Shown: positions 37,467-45,065 of the stretch, one piece after another | How positions within the stretch are numbered: the first letter of the stretch is position 1 | Layout: each line of letters starts with the position of its first letter | The notes under the pieces: model-generated | Told to the model about the DNA's origin: nothing | Seen by the model: the letters and a program-made list of their open reading frames with translations, nothing else | The model's database searches: none | Position numbers and translations under genes: made by a program | Assembly (NCBI GenBank): GCA_030916895.1 | Contig: JAUPVR010000004.1 | Coordinates: forward strand, 1 to 45,065 | DNA from: Patescibacteria group bacterium | Lineage (GTDB): Bacteria > Patescibacteriota > Minisyncoccia > Phycocordibacterales > UBA5272 | Direction of reading: 5' to 3' | Length of the DNA stretch: 45,065 bases

Positions 37467-37484
37467 GCATTCTTGTCTGTCAGA

Positions 37485-37646
37485 CTACGGAAGCAGTACG
37501 ACGGGGCGCTTGAGCGTCTTTGAAATCTTGTTTCGCACTGACGAAGCAAGCCCAATAACTTCCGTTTTTGAAAGTCCGGTTACGAGAATCGTGAATGCGC
37601 CAGACCTTCTGTTGACGTTGGTTGCAACCATGATTCTTTTTCGCAT
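37485..37646 (-). CDS. Small hypothetical protein (53 aa, below ORF-track cutoff)
   Basis: Manual translation MRKRIMVATNVNRRSGAFTILVTGLSKTEVIGLASSVRNKISKTLKRPVVLLP*. SD AAAGGA overlaps the upstream stop. Ends just before the terminator. Confidence 0.45.
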   Translation of the reverse strand: MRKRIMVATNVNRRSGAFTILVTGLSKTEVIGLASSVRNKISKTLKRPVVLLP

Positions 37647-37655
37647 GATTTTCCT

Positions 37656-38012
37656 TTACCTGAAGCCTTTGATGTTTGGAATCACCTGATGAAGCTCGCA
37701 TCCGTTCTTGATGAGATAGTACCCGCGGGGAATGAAAATCCACAGTACAGGTTTTCTTACGGGGGTATTCCCTTCAAAACCAGACCACCCGAATCCATCA
37801 AACGTTGGAATCTTTTGTTGCCGATGGTAGTAAATAACTTGCCACCCATGTTTCTTCGCATATTCTCGAAATAGTTTTCTCCACCGAACAAGAGCGCGCC
37901 TTCGAAACATGCTCGGGGCATCACCAATTCTTCCTTCCTCGAGCGTTTTCTTTACAATCGCCCGGGACAAATCATCACAGGTAAGTGTCTCTTTTGGAAA
38001 CACAATGGCCAT
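37656..38012 (-). CDS. Hypothetical protein
   Basis: 118-aa ORF with strong SD AAGGAGG. Confidence 0.6.
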   Translation of the reverse strand: MAIVFPKETLTCDDLSRAIVKKTLEEGRIGDAPSMFRRRALVRWRKLFREYAKKHGWQVIYYHRQQKIPTFDGFGWSGFEGNTPVRKPVLWIFIPRGYYLIKNGCELHQVIPNIKGFR

Positions 38013-38110
38013 ACGGCCTCCTTATTTTGAACAATTGTTTTTTATCCTACAGCAAACTTTCTTTTTTCACTACTAATTTATAAAAAGGCTTATTTTCCAA
38101 GCACTTTTAA

Positions 38111-38188
38111 GTGGGAGATATCCACATATTTGTGTAGCACTTCGACACTAAAGTGGGGTATAATGTATTGCAGTGGGGCAATGTGGGA
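38111..38188 (+). promoter_or_regulatory. mraZ promoter with MraZ-box direct repeats
   Basis: GTGGG at 38111, 38153, 38173 and 38183, the last three in 10-bp phase, around TATAAT at 38159-38164. Confidence 0.7.
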
Positions 38189-38211
38189 GAATCGCTCCAA
38201 ATATAACAAAA

Positions 38212-38646
38212 ATGTTAATCGGCCAGTACACACACGAACTCGATCCAAAAAAGCGCCTCACGCTGCCTGCTAAGTGGCGCAAAGATCTCGGGAAAAAAGT
38301 TGTGATTACAAATGGCTTTGATGGTTCTTTATTTATTTTTACAGAGAAAGAATGGGGAAAGATCGCAGAGAAACTCGCACAGACCAGTTTCGGTAATGCC
38401 GACTCGCGAGGACTCAACCGTGTCATGCTTGCTCACGCTTTTGAGCTCGACATCGACGCTGCGGGACGCGTTCTTATTCCAGATACTCTCAAAGATCAAG
38501 CCAGTCTCACATCTAAAGTGGTGCTTGCGGGAATGTTCTCGCGCATTGAACTTTGGGATGAGGAGAATTGGAAGAAGTATTCAACGAAAGCTTTGGGAGA
38601 AGCTGACGCGCTTGCTTCTAAGTTAAGTGACCTAGGAATGCTCTAA
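38212..38646 (+). CDS. mraZ: Division/cell-wall cluster transcriptional repressor MraZ
   Basis: MLIG.Y...LDPKKRL.LPAKWR and DAAGRVLIP (two DxxxR motifs), RIELWD. Confidence 0.95.
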   Translation: MLIGQYTHELDPKKRLTLPAKWRKDLGKKVVITNGFDGSLFIFTEKEWGKIAEKLAQTSFGNADSRGLNRVMLAHAFELDIDAAGRVLIPDTLKDQASLTSKVVLAGMFSRIELWDEENWKKYSTKALGEADALASKLSDLGML

Positions 38647-38743
38647 ACGACCATTTATGAACATCGCCTTCTCAACAATTTTTTATCGTCTTCCTCAAAC
38701 AGTTGTTAAAAAAACTGTAAAGAAGACCACCAAGACACAAACC

Positions 38744-39640
38744 ATGCTACACACGCCGGTACTTCTTAAGGAATCAATCGAAGGACTCAGTTTAAAAAAG
38801 GGAGGCGTGTATGTTGACTGCACGGTTAATCGCGGAGGACACAGTATTGAAATCGCAAAAGCAATAGGCAAGACTGGGACACTTGTCTGTATCGACCTTG
38901 ACCAGGACGCGCTTGCGCAAGCAAAAGAAAAACTTGAGGGAATGAAGCGGGGAGCGCCAACATTCCATTTCGTGCACTCAAATTTTAGGCACTTGATGAG
39001 TATTTTAAAGAAACTCGATATTGATAAAGTTGATGGAATTATTGCGGACTTTGGTATTTCATCACAGGAATTGGAAACATCAAATAGAGGATTTTCGTTT
39101 CTTCGCGACGAACCACTTCAAATGACATTTGATGCACATCCGGGAGAGGACATGACAACCGCGTTTGACATTGTTAATTTCTGGAGCGAATCAACAATTG
39201 CTGATGTGTTGTTTGGTTTTGCGGATGAAACCTATGCACGACGCATCGCAAAAGCAATTGTTGAAACTCGTACCAAGGAACCAATCAAGACAACACTTCA
39301 GCTCGTTTCAGTTATTGAGCGTGCGGTTCCTGTTATGTATCGTCACAAAAAAACACACTGTGCAACAAAGACATTTCAAGCACTTCGTATGGCGGTGAAT
39401 GATGAACTTGGAAGCATTGAAGAGCTTCTTACGGTTGCCCCAGATGTTTTAAAGCACGGGGGAAGAATGGCGGTTATTACATTCCACAGCACCGAAGACC
39501 GAATTACAAAAAAAGGACTTCGCGCGCAACAGGATTCATTCATTTTTATTAATAAAAAAGCAATTATCCCAAGTGACGAAGAATTAAAAAAGAATCCTCG
39601 GTCACGAAGCGCACAGCTAAGAATCGTAGAAAGAAAGTAA
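38744..39640 (+). CDS. rsmH: 16S rRNA m4C1402 methyltransferase RsmH (alternative start 38657)
   Basis: HTPVLL.E, D.T...GGHS, RGFSF, FQALRMAVNDEL, ITFHS.EDR, NPRSRSA.LR. Confidence 0.96.
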   Translation: MLHTPVLLKESIEGLSLKKGGVYVDCTVNRGGHSIEIAKAIGKTGTLVCIDLDQDALAQAKEKLEGMKRGAPTFHFVHSNFRHLMSILKKLDIDKVDGIIADFGISSQELETSNRGFSFLRDEPLQMTFDAHPGEDMTTAFDIVNFWSESTIADVLFGFADETYARRIAKAIVETRTKEPIKTTLQLVSVIERAVPVMYRHKKTHCATKTFQALRMAVNDELGSIEELLTVAPDVLKHGGRMAVITFHSTEDRITKKGLRAQQDSFIFINKKAIIPSDEELKKNPRSRSAQLRIVERK

Positions 39641-39674
39641 ACATTAATTAAAAGCAAAACAGTCACCAAACACC

Positions 39675-40001
39675 ATGAAAAAACAAATCGCCATCTACAA
39701 AACCATGACATTCCGAGAGAGAATTGTTAATAGTATGCTCGTTACCATGGCTGTTCTTATGGTTTTGTACTGTCTTATTTTGCTTTCAATTGTGTTTTCC
39801 GTTATTGAACGTAAGCAAGCGATTTCTCAAACAAAAGACCTTATTTCTACTTTAAGTAGTATTGAAGGTTCATATGCAAATGAGATTTCAAAAATAAATG
39901 ATAGCGTCCTTTCCGCTAAGGAATATGTTCGTTTGGATGCTACGACACTTACTGTTCGCAAAGACCCAATTGCCGGGTATACTGTGCTCTATGAGCGATA
40001 G
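39675..40001 (+). CDS. ftsL: FtsL-like cell division protein
   Basis: Single TM followed by a heptad coiled-coil, in the canonical position between rsmH and ftsI. Confidence 0.6.
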   Translation: MKKQIAIYKTMTFRERIVNSMLVTMAVLMVLYCLILLSIVFSVIERKQAISQTKDLISTLSSIEGSYANEISKINDSVLSAKEYVRLDATTLTVRKDPIAGYTVLYER

Positions 40002-41736
40002 GGAGGCACCAGTACTTACAGAGAAACAAGAGCTGCGTTCTATATTTAGGGCACAGCTCTTGTCACTTTTGTGGCTTGTGATTCTTTTTATCGCAGTTTC
40101 TCGTGTTGTTCAGGTGCAGATTTTTAAACACGAATATTACACTGATTTGGCAGACAGGCAATACATCGCAAAAGTTCCTTCATCCTTTGATCGTGGTTCT
40201 ATTTTTTTTACAACACCATCAAAAGAAACAATTTCCGCCGCAAAACTTTCTTCGGTATATCGTGTAGCAATTGACCCAACAAGACTTGAAGACAAGGAAG
40301 GAGTATTTGAAGCCCTTTCGGAAAAAATAGCGCTCTCACGAGAAACTTTTTTTCTAAAAGCAAATAAGGAAAAAGATCCGTATGAAGAAATTGCTGTAGG
40401 TGTTCCTGAGGCTGTCGCAACAGATTTACAGAAAAAGAAATTTAAGGGAGTCATGTTTGTAAAAGACAATAAGCGCTCGTATCCGCAAGGGGACATAGGA
40501 GCACAAGTGCTTGGTTTTGTGGGAAGTGACGGAAAGAACGTGCGTGGACAGTACGGAGTTGAAAAGTATTATGACGATGTGCTAAGTCGAGGCATGGAAG
40601 AAAGGAGTATTAATTTTTTTGCGGAACTTTTTGCGGATATTGATGCAGGCTCTGTTTCAAATGTTGATGCTCGTGTTGGGGATGTTGTGCTTACGATCGA
40701 TGCAGAGGTACAACGACTCCTCCACAAGACGCTTGTTGAAACAAAAGCACAATGGCGCTCAGAAATTGTTGGGGGAATTGTCATGGATCCAAAAACTGGG
40801 GCAATTGTTGCGATGGATTCTCTTCCTTCATTTGATCCAAACGATTTTTCTCAAGTGGAAAATCAGGCGGTCTACCGAAACCCTCTCGTTTCAAGTGTGT
40901 ATGAAATGGGAAGTATCATTAAACCAATCACTGTTGCTTCAGCCTTAGATGCGGGCGTGGTGACTGAAGAGAGTACTTACTACGACACTGGCTTTCGTGA
41001 TCTAAACGGTTACAAAGTTCGCAATTATGATGAAAAGGCACGAGGCACAACAAAGATACAAACCATTCTTGATAAGTCACTTAACATCGGTATTGTTTTT
41101 TTGGTTGAAAGTCTTGGCACAAAACGATTTCAAGAATATTTTAAAAAATTCGGTATTGGAGAAGAGACAGGAATTGATTTGCCAAGCGAAGCCGGGGGCC
41201 TTGTTAAAAATTTACGAAGCAATGTTTTGGTTGATAGCGCAACAGCTGGTTTCGGACAAGGAATTGCAATTACACCCATTCAAACCATTCGCGCACTTTC
41301 AGCACTTGGAAATGGGGGATACTTACCCGCTCCGCATGTTGTTGATAGAGTTCTTTACAAAAACGGTACGGTCAAGCAAATTATTCCAGATCAAGGACAA
41401 ATGATTTTAGAGAAAGGAACAAGCGAACGAATTACAAGAATGCTTGTGCATGTGGTGGACACCTCTCTTAAGGACGGCGCGTACAAAATGCCACGCTATT
41501 CTGTGGCCGCAAAAACAGGCACAGCACAGATGGTAAAACCAGGGGCTGGATACTACGATGATAGGTATTTGCACTCATTCTTTGGCTATTTTCCGGCCTA
41601 CGAGCCACGCTACATTGTCTTTCTCTTTCATACCTATCCAAAAGGGGCTGAGTACGCATCCGCAACGCTTACGGAACCGTTTTATAAGATTGTAAAATTT
41701 TTGATTTCCTATTATCAAATTCCACCAGATAGGTAG
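39991..41736 (+). CDS. ftsI: Penicillin-binding protein 3-like (class B, division)
   Basis: RGSIF, YEMGSIIK (SxxK), SLN (SxN), AKTGTAQ. Position in the dcw cluster. ATG 39991. Confidence 0.9.
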   Translation: MSDREAPVLTEKQELRSIFRAQLLSLLWLVILFIAVSRVVQVQIFKHEYYTDLADRQYIAKVPSSFDRGSIFFTTPSKETISAAKLSSVYRVAIDPTRLEDKEGVFEALSEKIALSRETFFLKANKEKDPYEEIAVGVPEAVATDLQKKKFKGVMFVKDNKRSYPQGDIGAQVLGFVGSDGKNVRGQYGVEKYYDDVLSRGMEERSINFFAELFADIDAGSVSNVDARVGDVVLTIDAEVQRLLHKTLVETKAQWRSEIVGGIVMDPKTGAIVAMDSLPSFDPNDFSQVENQAVYRNPLVSSVYEMGSIIKPITVASALDAGVVTEESTYYDTGFRDLNGYKVRNYDEKARGTTKIQTILDKSLNIGIVFLVESLGTKRFQEYFKKFGIGEETGIDLPSEAGGLVKNLRSNVLVDSATAGFGQGIAITPIQTIRALSALGNGGYLPAPHVVDRVLYKNGTVKQIIPDQGQMILEKGTSERITRMLVHVVDTSLKDGAYKMPRYSVAAKTGTAQMVKPGAGYYDDRYLHSFFGYFPAYEPRYIVFLFHTYPKGAEYASATLTEPFYKIVKFLISYYQIPPDR

Positions 41737-41753
41737 GTCGAGGCGTGTCGAAA

Positions 41754-41788
41754 GTTTCTAAACCCTAGTCCCTAAAACCTAATCCCTA
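41754..41788 (+). repeat. Five tandem degenerate heptamers (nnnCCTA)
   Basis: GTTTCTA AACCCTA GTCCCTA AAACCTA ATCCCTA. Same family as the arrays flanking 42926-43279. Confidence 0.8.
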
Positions 41789-41807
41789 TTCGTGTTAGTA
41801 TGTGTAT

Positions 41808-42608
41808 ATGAAGCTAGCAAAATCAGACTCTAATAAACCAAAAAATACTGAAACCTCGTGGGGAAATGTTGCATCATGGTATGACACACACCTTGAAAAA
41901 ACAGGCGACACGTATCATGAAAAAGTGGTGTATCCGAACCTCGCTCGATTGTTAGGTGACATGAAAGGAAAGCATGTACTTGATCTTGCGTGTGGACAAG
42001 GGCAATTCTCTCGTTTGCTTGCAGAAGCTGGAGCGTCGGTTATTGGTATTGATTTGGGAAAAGAGTTGCTCGCAATTGCGGAAAAGAAAAACAAGCCGTA
42101 CAAGTTTAAGATTTTTTATTACAATACGACAGCTCACGATTTGTATATGATAAAAGACGGCACACAAGATATTGTCGTGTGTGTGCTTGCACTTCAGAAT
42201 ATTGAAAAACTGCAAGAAACTTTAAAAGAAGTTTCTCGTGTACTTACAAAAGAAGGAAAGTTTGTGTGTGTGCTTAATCATCCGAGTTTTCGTATTCCAC
42301 GCGCAAGTGGTTGGATGTATAACGAGCATGAACAAGTACAGTATCGAAGAATTGACGCGTACCTTTCTGAATCGAAAGTAAAAATTGATATGACGCCAGG
42401 AAGTGAGAAAGATAAAAAGTTCACTGTTTCATTTCATCGTCCACTCCAGGTGTATGTGAAAGCATTTGCAAAGGCGGGGATGGCAATTACTCGTCTTGAA
42501 GAATGGGAGTCGCACAGAAAAAGTGAGAAAGGACCAAAGCAGAGACTAGAAGATAAGGCACGAAAAGAAATTCCACTGTTTATGTGCATTGAATTAAAGA
42601 AAATCTAA
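41808..42608 (+). CDS. Class I SAM-dependent methyltransferase
   Basis: VLDLACGQG motif I, GIDL, R.L...G.F, FHRPL..Y. Confidence 0.9.
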   Translation: MKLAKSDSNKPKNTETSWGNVASWYDTHLEKTGDTYHEKVVYPNLARLLGDMKGKHVLDLACGQGQFSRLLAEAGASVIGIDLGKELLAIAEKKNKPYKFKIFYYNTTAHDLYMIKDGTQDIVVCVLALQNIEKLQETLKEVSRVLTKEGKFVCVLNHPSFRIPRASGWMYNEHEQVQYRRIDAYLSESKVKIDMTPGSEKDKKFTVSFHRPLQVYVKAFAKAGMAITRLEEWESHRKSEKGPKQRLEDKARKEIPLFMCIELKKI

Positions 42609-42612
42609 AGCA

Positions 42613-42644
42613 AAGAAAGCGCGACCTTACGGTCGCGCTTTCTT
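42613..42644. terminator. Bidirectional terminator
   Basis: AAGAAAGCGCGACC-ttac-GGTCGCGCTTTCTT perfect inverted repeat between convergent genes. Confidence 0.8.
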
Positions 42645-42653
42645 ATTGGTACT

Positions 42654-42881
42654 TTACTTTTCAAACAATCCTTGCAATTCTTTCTGATACTTCTTCATCA
42701 CATCAAGTGCCGCGTACATTTCTGGTTTGCCTTGCTTTTTCAAAACATCAATTTCTTTTGCAATCTTTTCAAAAAGTTTTGGGTCTTTTTCAACCGCCGT
42801 TCGTAGCATTTCTTGTTGCTCTTTTGGAAGGTTGCGTGAACCAAATTTTACTGCCTGTTTTAGGAAAAAATCTTTGAACAT
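42654..42881 (-). CDS. Small helical hypothetical protein (75 aa)
   Basis: Clean ORF ending at the terminator. Amphipathic helical sequence (EKDPKLFEKIAKEI). Confidence 0.7.
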   Translation of the reverse strand: MFKDFFLKQAVKFGSRNLPKEQQEMLRTAVEKDPKLFEKIAKEIDVLKKQGKPEMYAALDVMKKYQKELQGLFEK

Positions 42882-42917
42882 AGGGGTAGGGGCTAGGGGT
42901 TAGTAGTTAGGGACTAG
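42881..42917 (+). repeat. Heptamer array (TAGGGRY), left flank of four-helix-bundle gene
   Basis: TAGGGG TAGGGGC TAGGGGT TAGTAGT TAGGGAC TAG. Confidence 0.85.
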
Positions 42918-42925
42918 ATAATCCT

Positions 42926-43279
42926 TTAATTTGATAATTTGCTAATCATAGCATTTAACATTTTCATGACTTCTGTGTGAAGTTTTGTAAGAGCAGTATA
43001 ATCTTCTTTTTTCAATAGTCCAAGGTCTTTCGATAATTCAATTTGTGCTTCCAATTCTGCGCCGGATCCGAAGGCAATTCTCAAAAATTGAACATATTCT
43101 TTCTTACTTCCTCTTGCATTTCCTTCGGCAATATTTGAAATAATAGAAACAGACGCTCTACGCATTTGAGAAACTAGGCCAAAAATTTCATCCTTGGGAA
43201 AATTTTTTGTTGCAGAATAAATTTTTAGAGATAACTGATATGCTTTTTGCCAAACAAACAGTTCTTTATAGGATTGCAT
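42926..43279 (-). CDS. Four helix bundle protein (23S rRNA IVP / Avd-like family)
   Basis: YKEL.VWQKA, FPKDE.FGL.SQMRRASVSI.SNIAEG..R, FL.IA.GS..EL. Confidence 0.93.
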   Translation of the reverse strand: MQSYKELFVWQKAYQLSLKIYSATKNFPKDEIFGLVSQMRRASVSIISNIAEGNARGSKKEYVQFLRIAFGSGAELEAQIELSKDLGLLKKEDYTALTKLHTEVMKMLNAMISKLSN

Positions 43280-43285
43280 GTATTT

Positions 43286-43317
43286 CCTAGTCCTTAGTCC
43301 CTATAACCTAGTCCCTA
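43286..43317 (-). repeat. Heptamer array, right flank, inverted relative to left flank
   Basis: Minus strand reads TAGGGAC TAGGTTA TAGGGAC TAAGGAC TAGG. The first TAG is the stop codon of the DsbA gene. Confidence 0.85.
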
Positions 43318-43974
43318 CTGTGCCTTTGCTTTTTTAATTAATTCATTAAATTCTTCAGGTGAACGAGGACTGTCGATTAGTTTGCCGTTTAAGAAGAAAC
43401 TTGGTGTCCCTGGGAGTTTCAAGCGTATTGCTTCTTGGTATTCTGCCATAACCTTCTTTTCAATTGCCTCACTTTTTAGATCTGCTTCAAATTTCTTTGC
43501 ATCAAGACCAAGCGATGTTGCGTAGGTGACCATCATACTGCTCGCGTTTAATGCTCCAGACCATTCAGCTTGTTTTACAAAGAGGAGATCATGCATTTCC
43601 CAGAATTTTCCTTGAACCGATGCCGCCTCGGATGCTTTTGCAGAGATGAGGGCATTTTTGTGAATTTGCATGAGTGGGAAGTGACGGAAAACGACCTTCA
43701 AATCTTGTGGGTTATCTGCAAGTACTTTTTGAATAAGTCCTTCGTATACCGCGCATGCTGGACACTGGAAGTCAGCGAATTCAACAAGGGTTACTTTTGC
43801 CGTAGGGTTACCACGAACATGATCGGTTTGTGTTACTTCAACAACACCAACAGGTTCTTGTCCGCGCGTACCAGTTACATAGAAATAATATGCGAGCACA
43901 AGCACGATAACAGCTACTAATCCGAGCACAAGTTTCATTTGTGGGGTATCTAATGATTTTGGCAATAATTTCAT
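43315..43974 (-). CDS. DsbA-family thioredoxin-fold protein with N-terminal TM
   Basis: VEFADFQCPAC, FRHFPL, GKFWEMHDLLF, GTPSFFLNG. ATG 43974 lies 9 nt after TG-C-TATAAT. Confidence 0.92.
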   Translation of the reverse strand: MKLLPKSLDTPQMKLVLGLVAVIVLVLAYYFYVTGTRGQEPVGVVEVTQTDHVRGNPTAKVTLVEFADFQCPACAVYEGLIQKVLADNPQDLKVVFRHFPLMQIHKNALISAKASEAASVQGKFWEMHDLLFVKQAEWSGALNASSMMVTYATSLGLDAKKFEADLKSEAIEKKVMAEYQEAIRLKLPGTPSFFLNGKLIDSPRSPEEFNELIKKAKAQ

Positions 43975-44009
43975 ATGGGAATTATTATAGCATAGAGGGG
44001 GGAAAGGAA

Positions 44010-44038
44010 AGGCGGGGCTTGCTTCGCAAGTCCCGCCT
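44010..44038. other. GC-rich hairpin between divergent promoters
   Basis: AGGCGGGGCTTGC-ttc-GCAAGTCCCGCCT (one G-T pair), no U-tract. Confidence 0.5.
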
Positions 44039-44052
44039 GGTACACTAAAATA

Positions 44053-45045
44053 ATGAAGAAAAAAGCTACCAATAAAAACGAAACCATAATTTACCAGACA
44101 AAATCTGGTGCACTTGAACTTCGCGGAGATTTTAAGAAAGAAACTGTTTGGGCAAACAGAATGCAAATGGCTGAAATGTTTAATGTTAATCCACAGGCAA
44201 TATCAAAACATATTCAAAATATATATAAAGAGAAGGAATTGGAACGAAAGACAACTAGTTCCAAAATGGAACTAGTTCAAAAAGAAGGAAATAGAACAAT
44301 TTCGCGCGAAGTAGACATATATAATCTCGATATTCTCATTGCGGTTGGGTACCGAATTAATTCCGTCACAGGTACAAAATTCCGCCAGTGGGCCACAAAA
44401 ACACTTCGCGAGCACCTCACACGCGGTTATACGCTCAATAAAAAAGTTATTCTCAAAAATTACGATCAATTCATCAAGAATGTTTCAGACATTCAAGCGC
44501 TTTTGCCCGCACATGTAACACTCGACCCGAAGCAAGTTTTGGACTTGGTGAAAGAGTATTCAACCACATGGGCAAAACTTGATGCTTACGACAAGAATGC
44601 ACTCAAAACCGAAGGTGTTAGTAAAAAGAAAATCAGACTCGCTTCAGGAGAATTACTTTCGGCAATTGAAACATTCAAAAATGAACTTATCAAACAAGAC
44701 GAGGCAACAGAAATTTTTGCACAAGAACGAGCACGTGGAAACATTGAAGGAATACTTGGAAACGTCATGCAGTCATTTGGTGGAAACGACGTATACAAGA
44801 CACTTGAAGAAAAAGCGGCACATTTTTTGTATTTTATGGTAAAAAATCATCCATTTGTTGACGGCAACAAGCGAACAGGAGCTTTTACTTTTATTTGGTT
44901 TTTGCGTAGATCGGGAGTAAAAGGTGCGCGCAATATTAATCCTTCCGGACTTACCGCCATCACACTTCTCATTGCCGAAAGTGATCCACGACATAAAGAA
45001 AAATTAATTGCACTTGTGGTAGAATTGTTGCACATTAAGAAATAA
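44053..45045 (+). CDS. RhuM-like N-domain fused to Fic/Doc domain
   Basis: RhuM-type YNLD..IAVGYR.NS..G.KFRQWAT..L and Fic/Doc motif HPFVDGNKRTG. Confidence 0.9.
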   Translation: MKKKATNKNETIIYQTKSGALELRGDFKKETVWANRMQMAEMFNVNPQAISKHIQNIYKEKELERKTTSSKMELVQKEGNRTISREVDIYNLDILIAVGYRINSVTGTKFRQWATKTLREHLTRGYTLNKKVILKNYDQFIKNVSDIQALLPAHVTLDPKQVLDLVKEYSTTWAKLDAYDKNALKTEGVSKKKIRLASGELLSAIETFKNELIKQDEATEIFAQERARGNIEGILGNVMQSFGGNDVYKTLEEKAAHFLYFMVKNHPFVDGNKRTGAFTFIWFLRRSGVKGARNINPSGLTAITLLIAESDPRHKEKLIALVVELLHIKK

Positions 45046-45065
45046 ATTATATGTACCCTATGAAG

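Noticed and set aside
37480-37743. 87-aa minus-strand ORF or frameshifted extension of the 118-aa gene
   Set aside because: It overlaps the upstream gene by 88 nt with no SD. The 53-aa ORF in another frame has an SD and fits the spacing better.
42926-43279. Diversity-generating retroelement, or a 23S rRNA intervening sequence
   Set aside because: No reverse transcriptase, no TR/VR repeat pair, and no rRNA sequence flanks the gene in this window.
41754-43317. CRISPR array or telomere-like repeats
   Set aside because: Units are 7 bp, degenerate and without spacers, there are no cas genes, and the sites are internal intergenic positions.
43975-44166. N-terminal extensions in the ORF track (dsbA from 44166; likewise 4269, 19522, 24082, 29900, 35565, 38173, 39898)
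   Set aside because: The extensions run through promoters or neighbouring genes. Downstream ATGs match family N-termini and -10 spacing.
1-45065. Alternative genetic code (TGA readthrough as in Gracilibacteria/Absconditabacteria)
   Set aside because: Conserved genes are full length under code 11, and TGA terminates genes at expected ends (e.g. 13678).

Overview
Bacterial chromosomal segment, standard genetic code, most consistent with a Patescibacteria/CPR (Parcubacteria-like) genome. This assignment is an inference from the degenerate PriA and HolB, the short ProRS, the abbreviated mre and dcw clusters and the gene set. Bases 1-4201 form a markedly AT-rich island: 3' end of an HDAC-family deacylase, an orphan protein, a fused transketolase-like enzyme and an APH-like kinase. 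Next comes an accessory/metabolic zone: ABC exporter, HI0933 flavoprotein, a divergent sulfide-handling cluster (sqr-tusE-dsrE2 / ArsR-Grx-rhodanese) with an operator palindrome, and three GH130 domains plus a HAD phosphomannomutase. The rest is housekeeping genes: hpf, cyclophilin, fmt, def, priA, two mreB, holB, frr, rseP, proS, mreC, mrdA, greA, lysS, mraZ-rsmH-ftsL-ftsI. Most notable observations: (1) a four-helix-bundle (IVP/Avd-like) gene wedged exactly between a stop codon and a start codon and bracketed by mutually inverted 7-bp repeat arrays, with orphan copies of the repeat elsewhere; (2) the sulfide cluster with a BigR/SqrR-like sensor; (3) the low-GC enzymatic island; (4) a two-gene cassette with an atypical EndoIII-like glycosylase; (5) a perfect orphan sigma70 promoter firing into an ORF-less stretch toward proS; (6) pervasive leaderless-type gene starts, contrasting with Shine-Dalgarno-led orphan genes. 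No rRNA, intact tRNA, CRISPR array or transposase was found.
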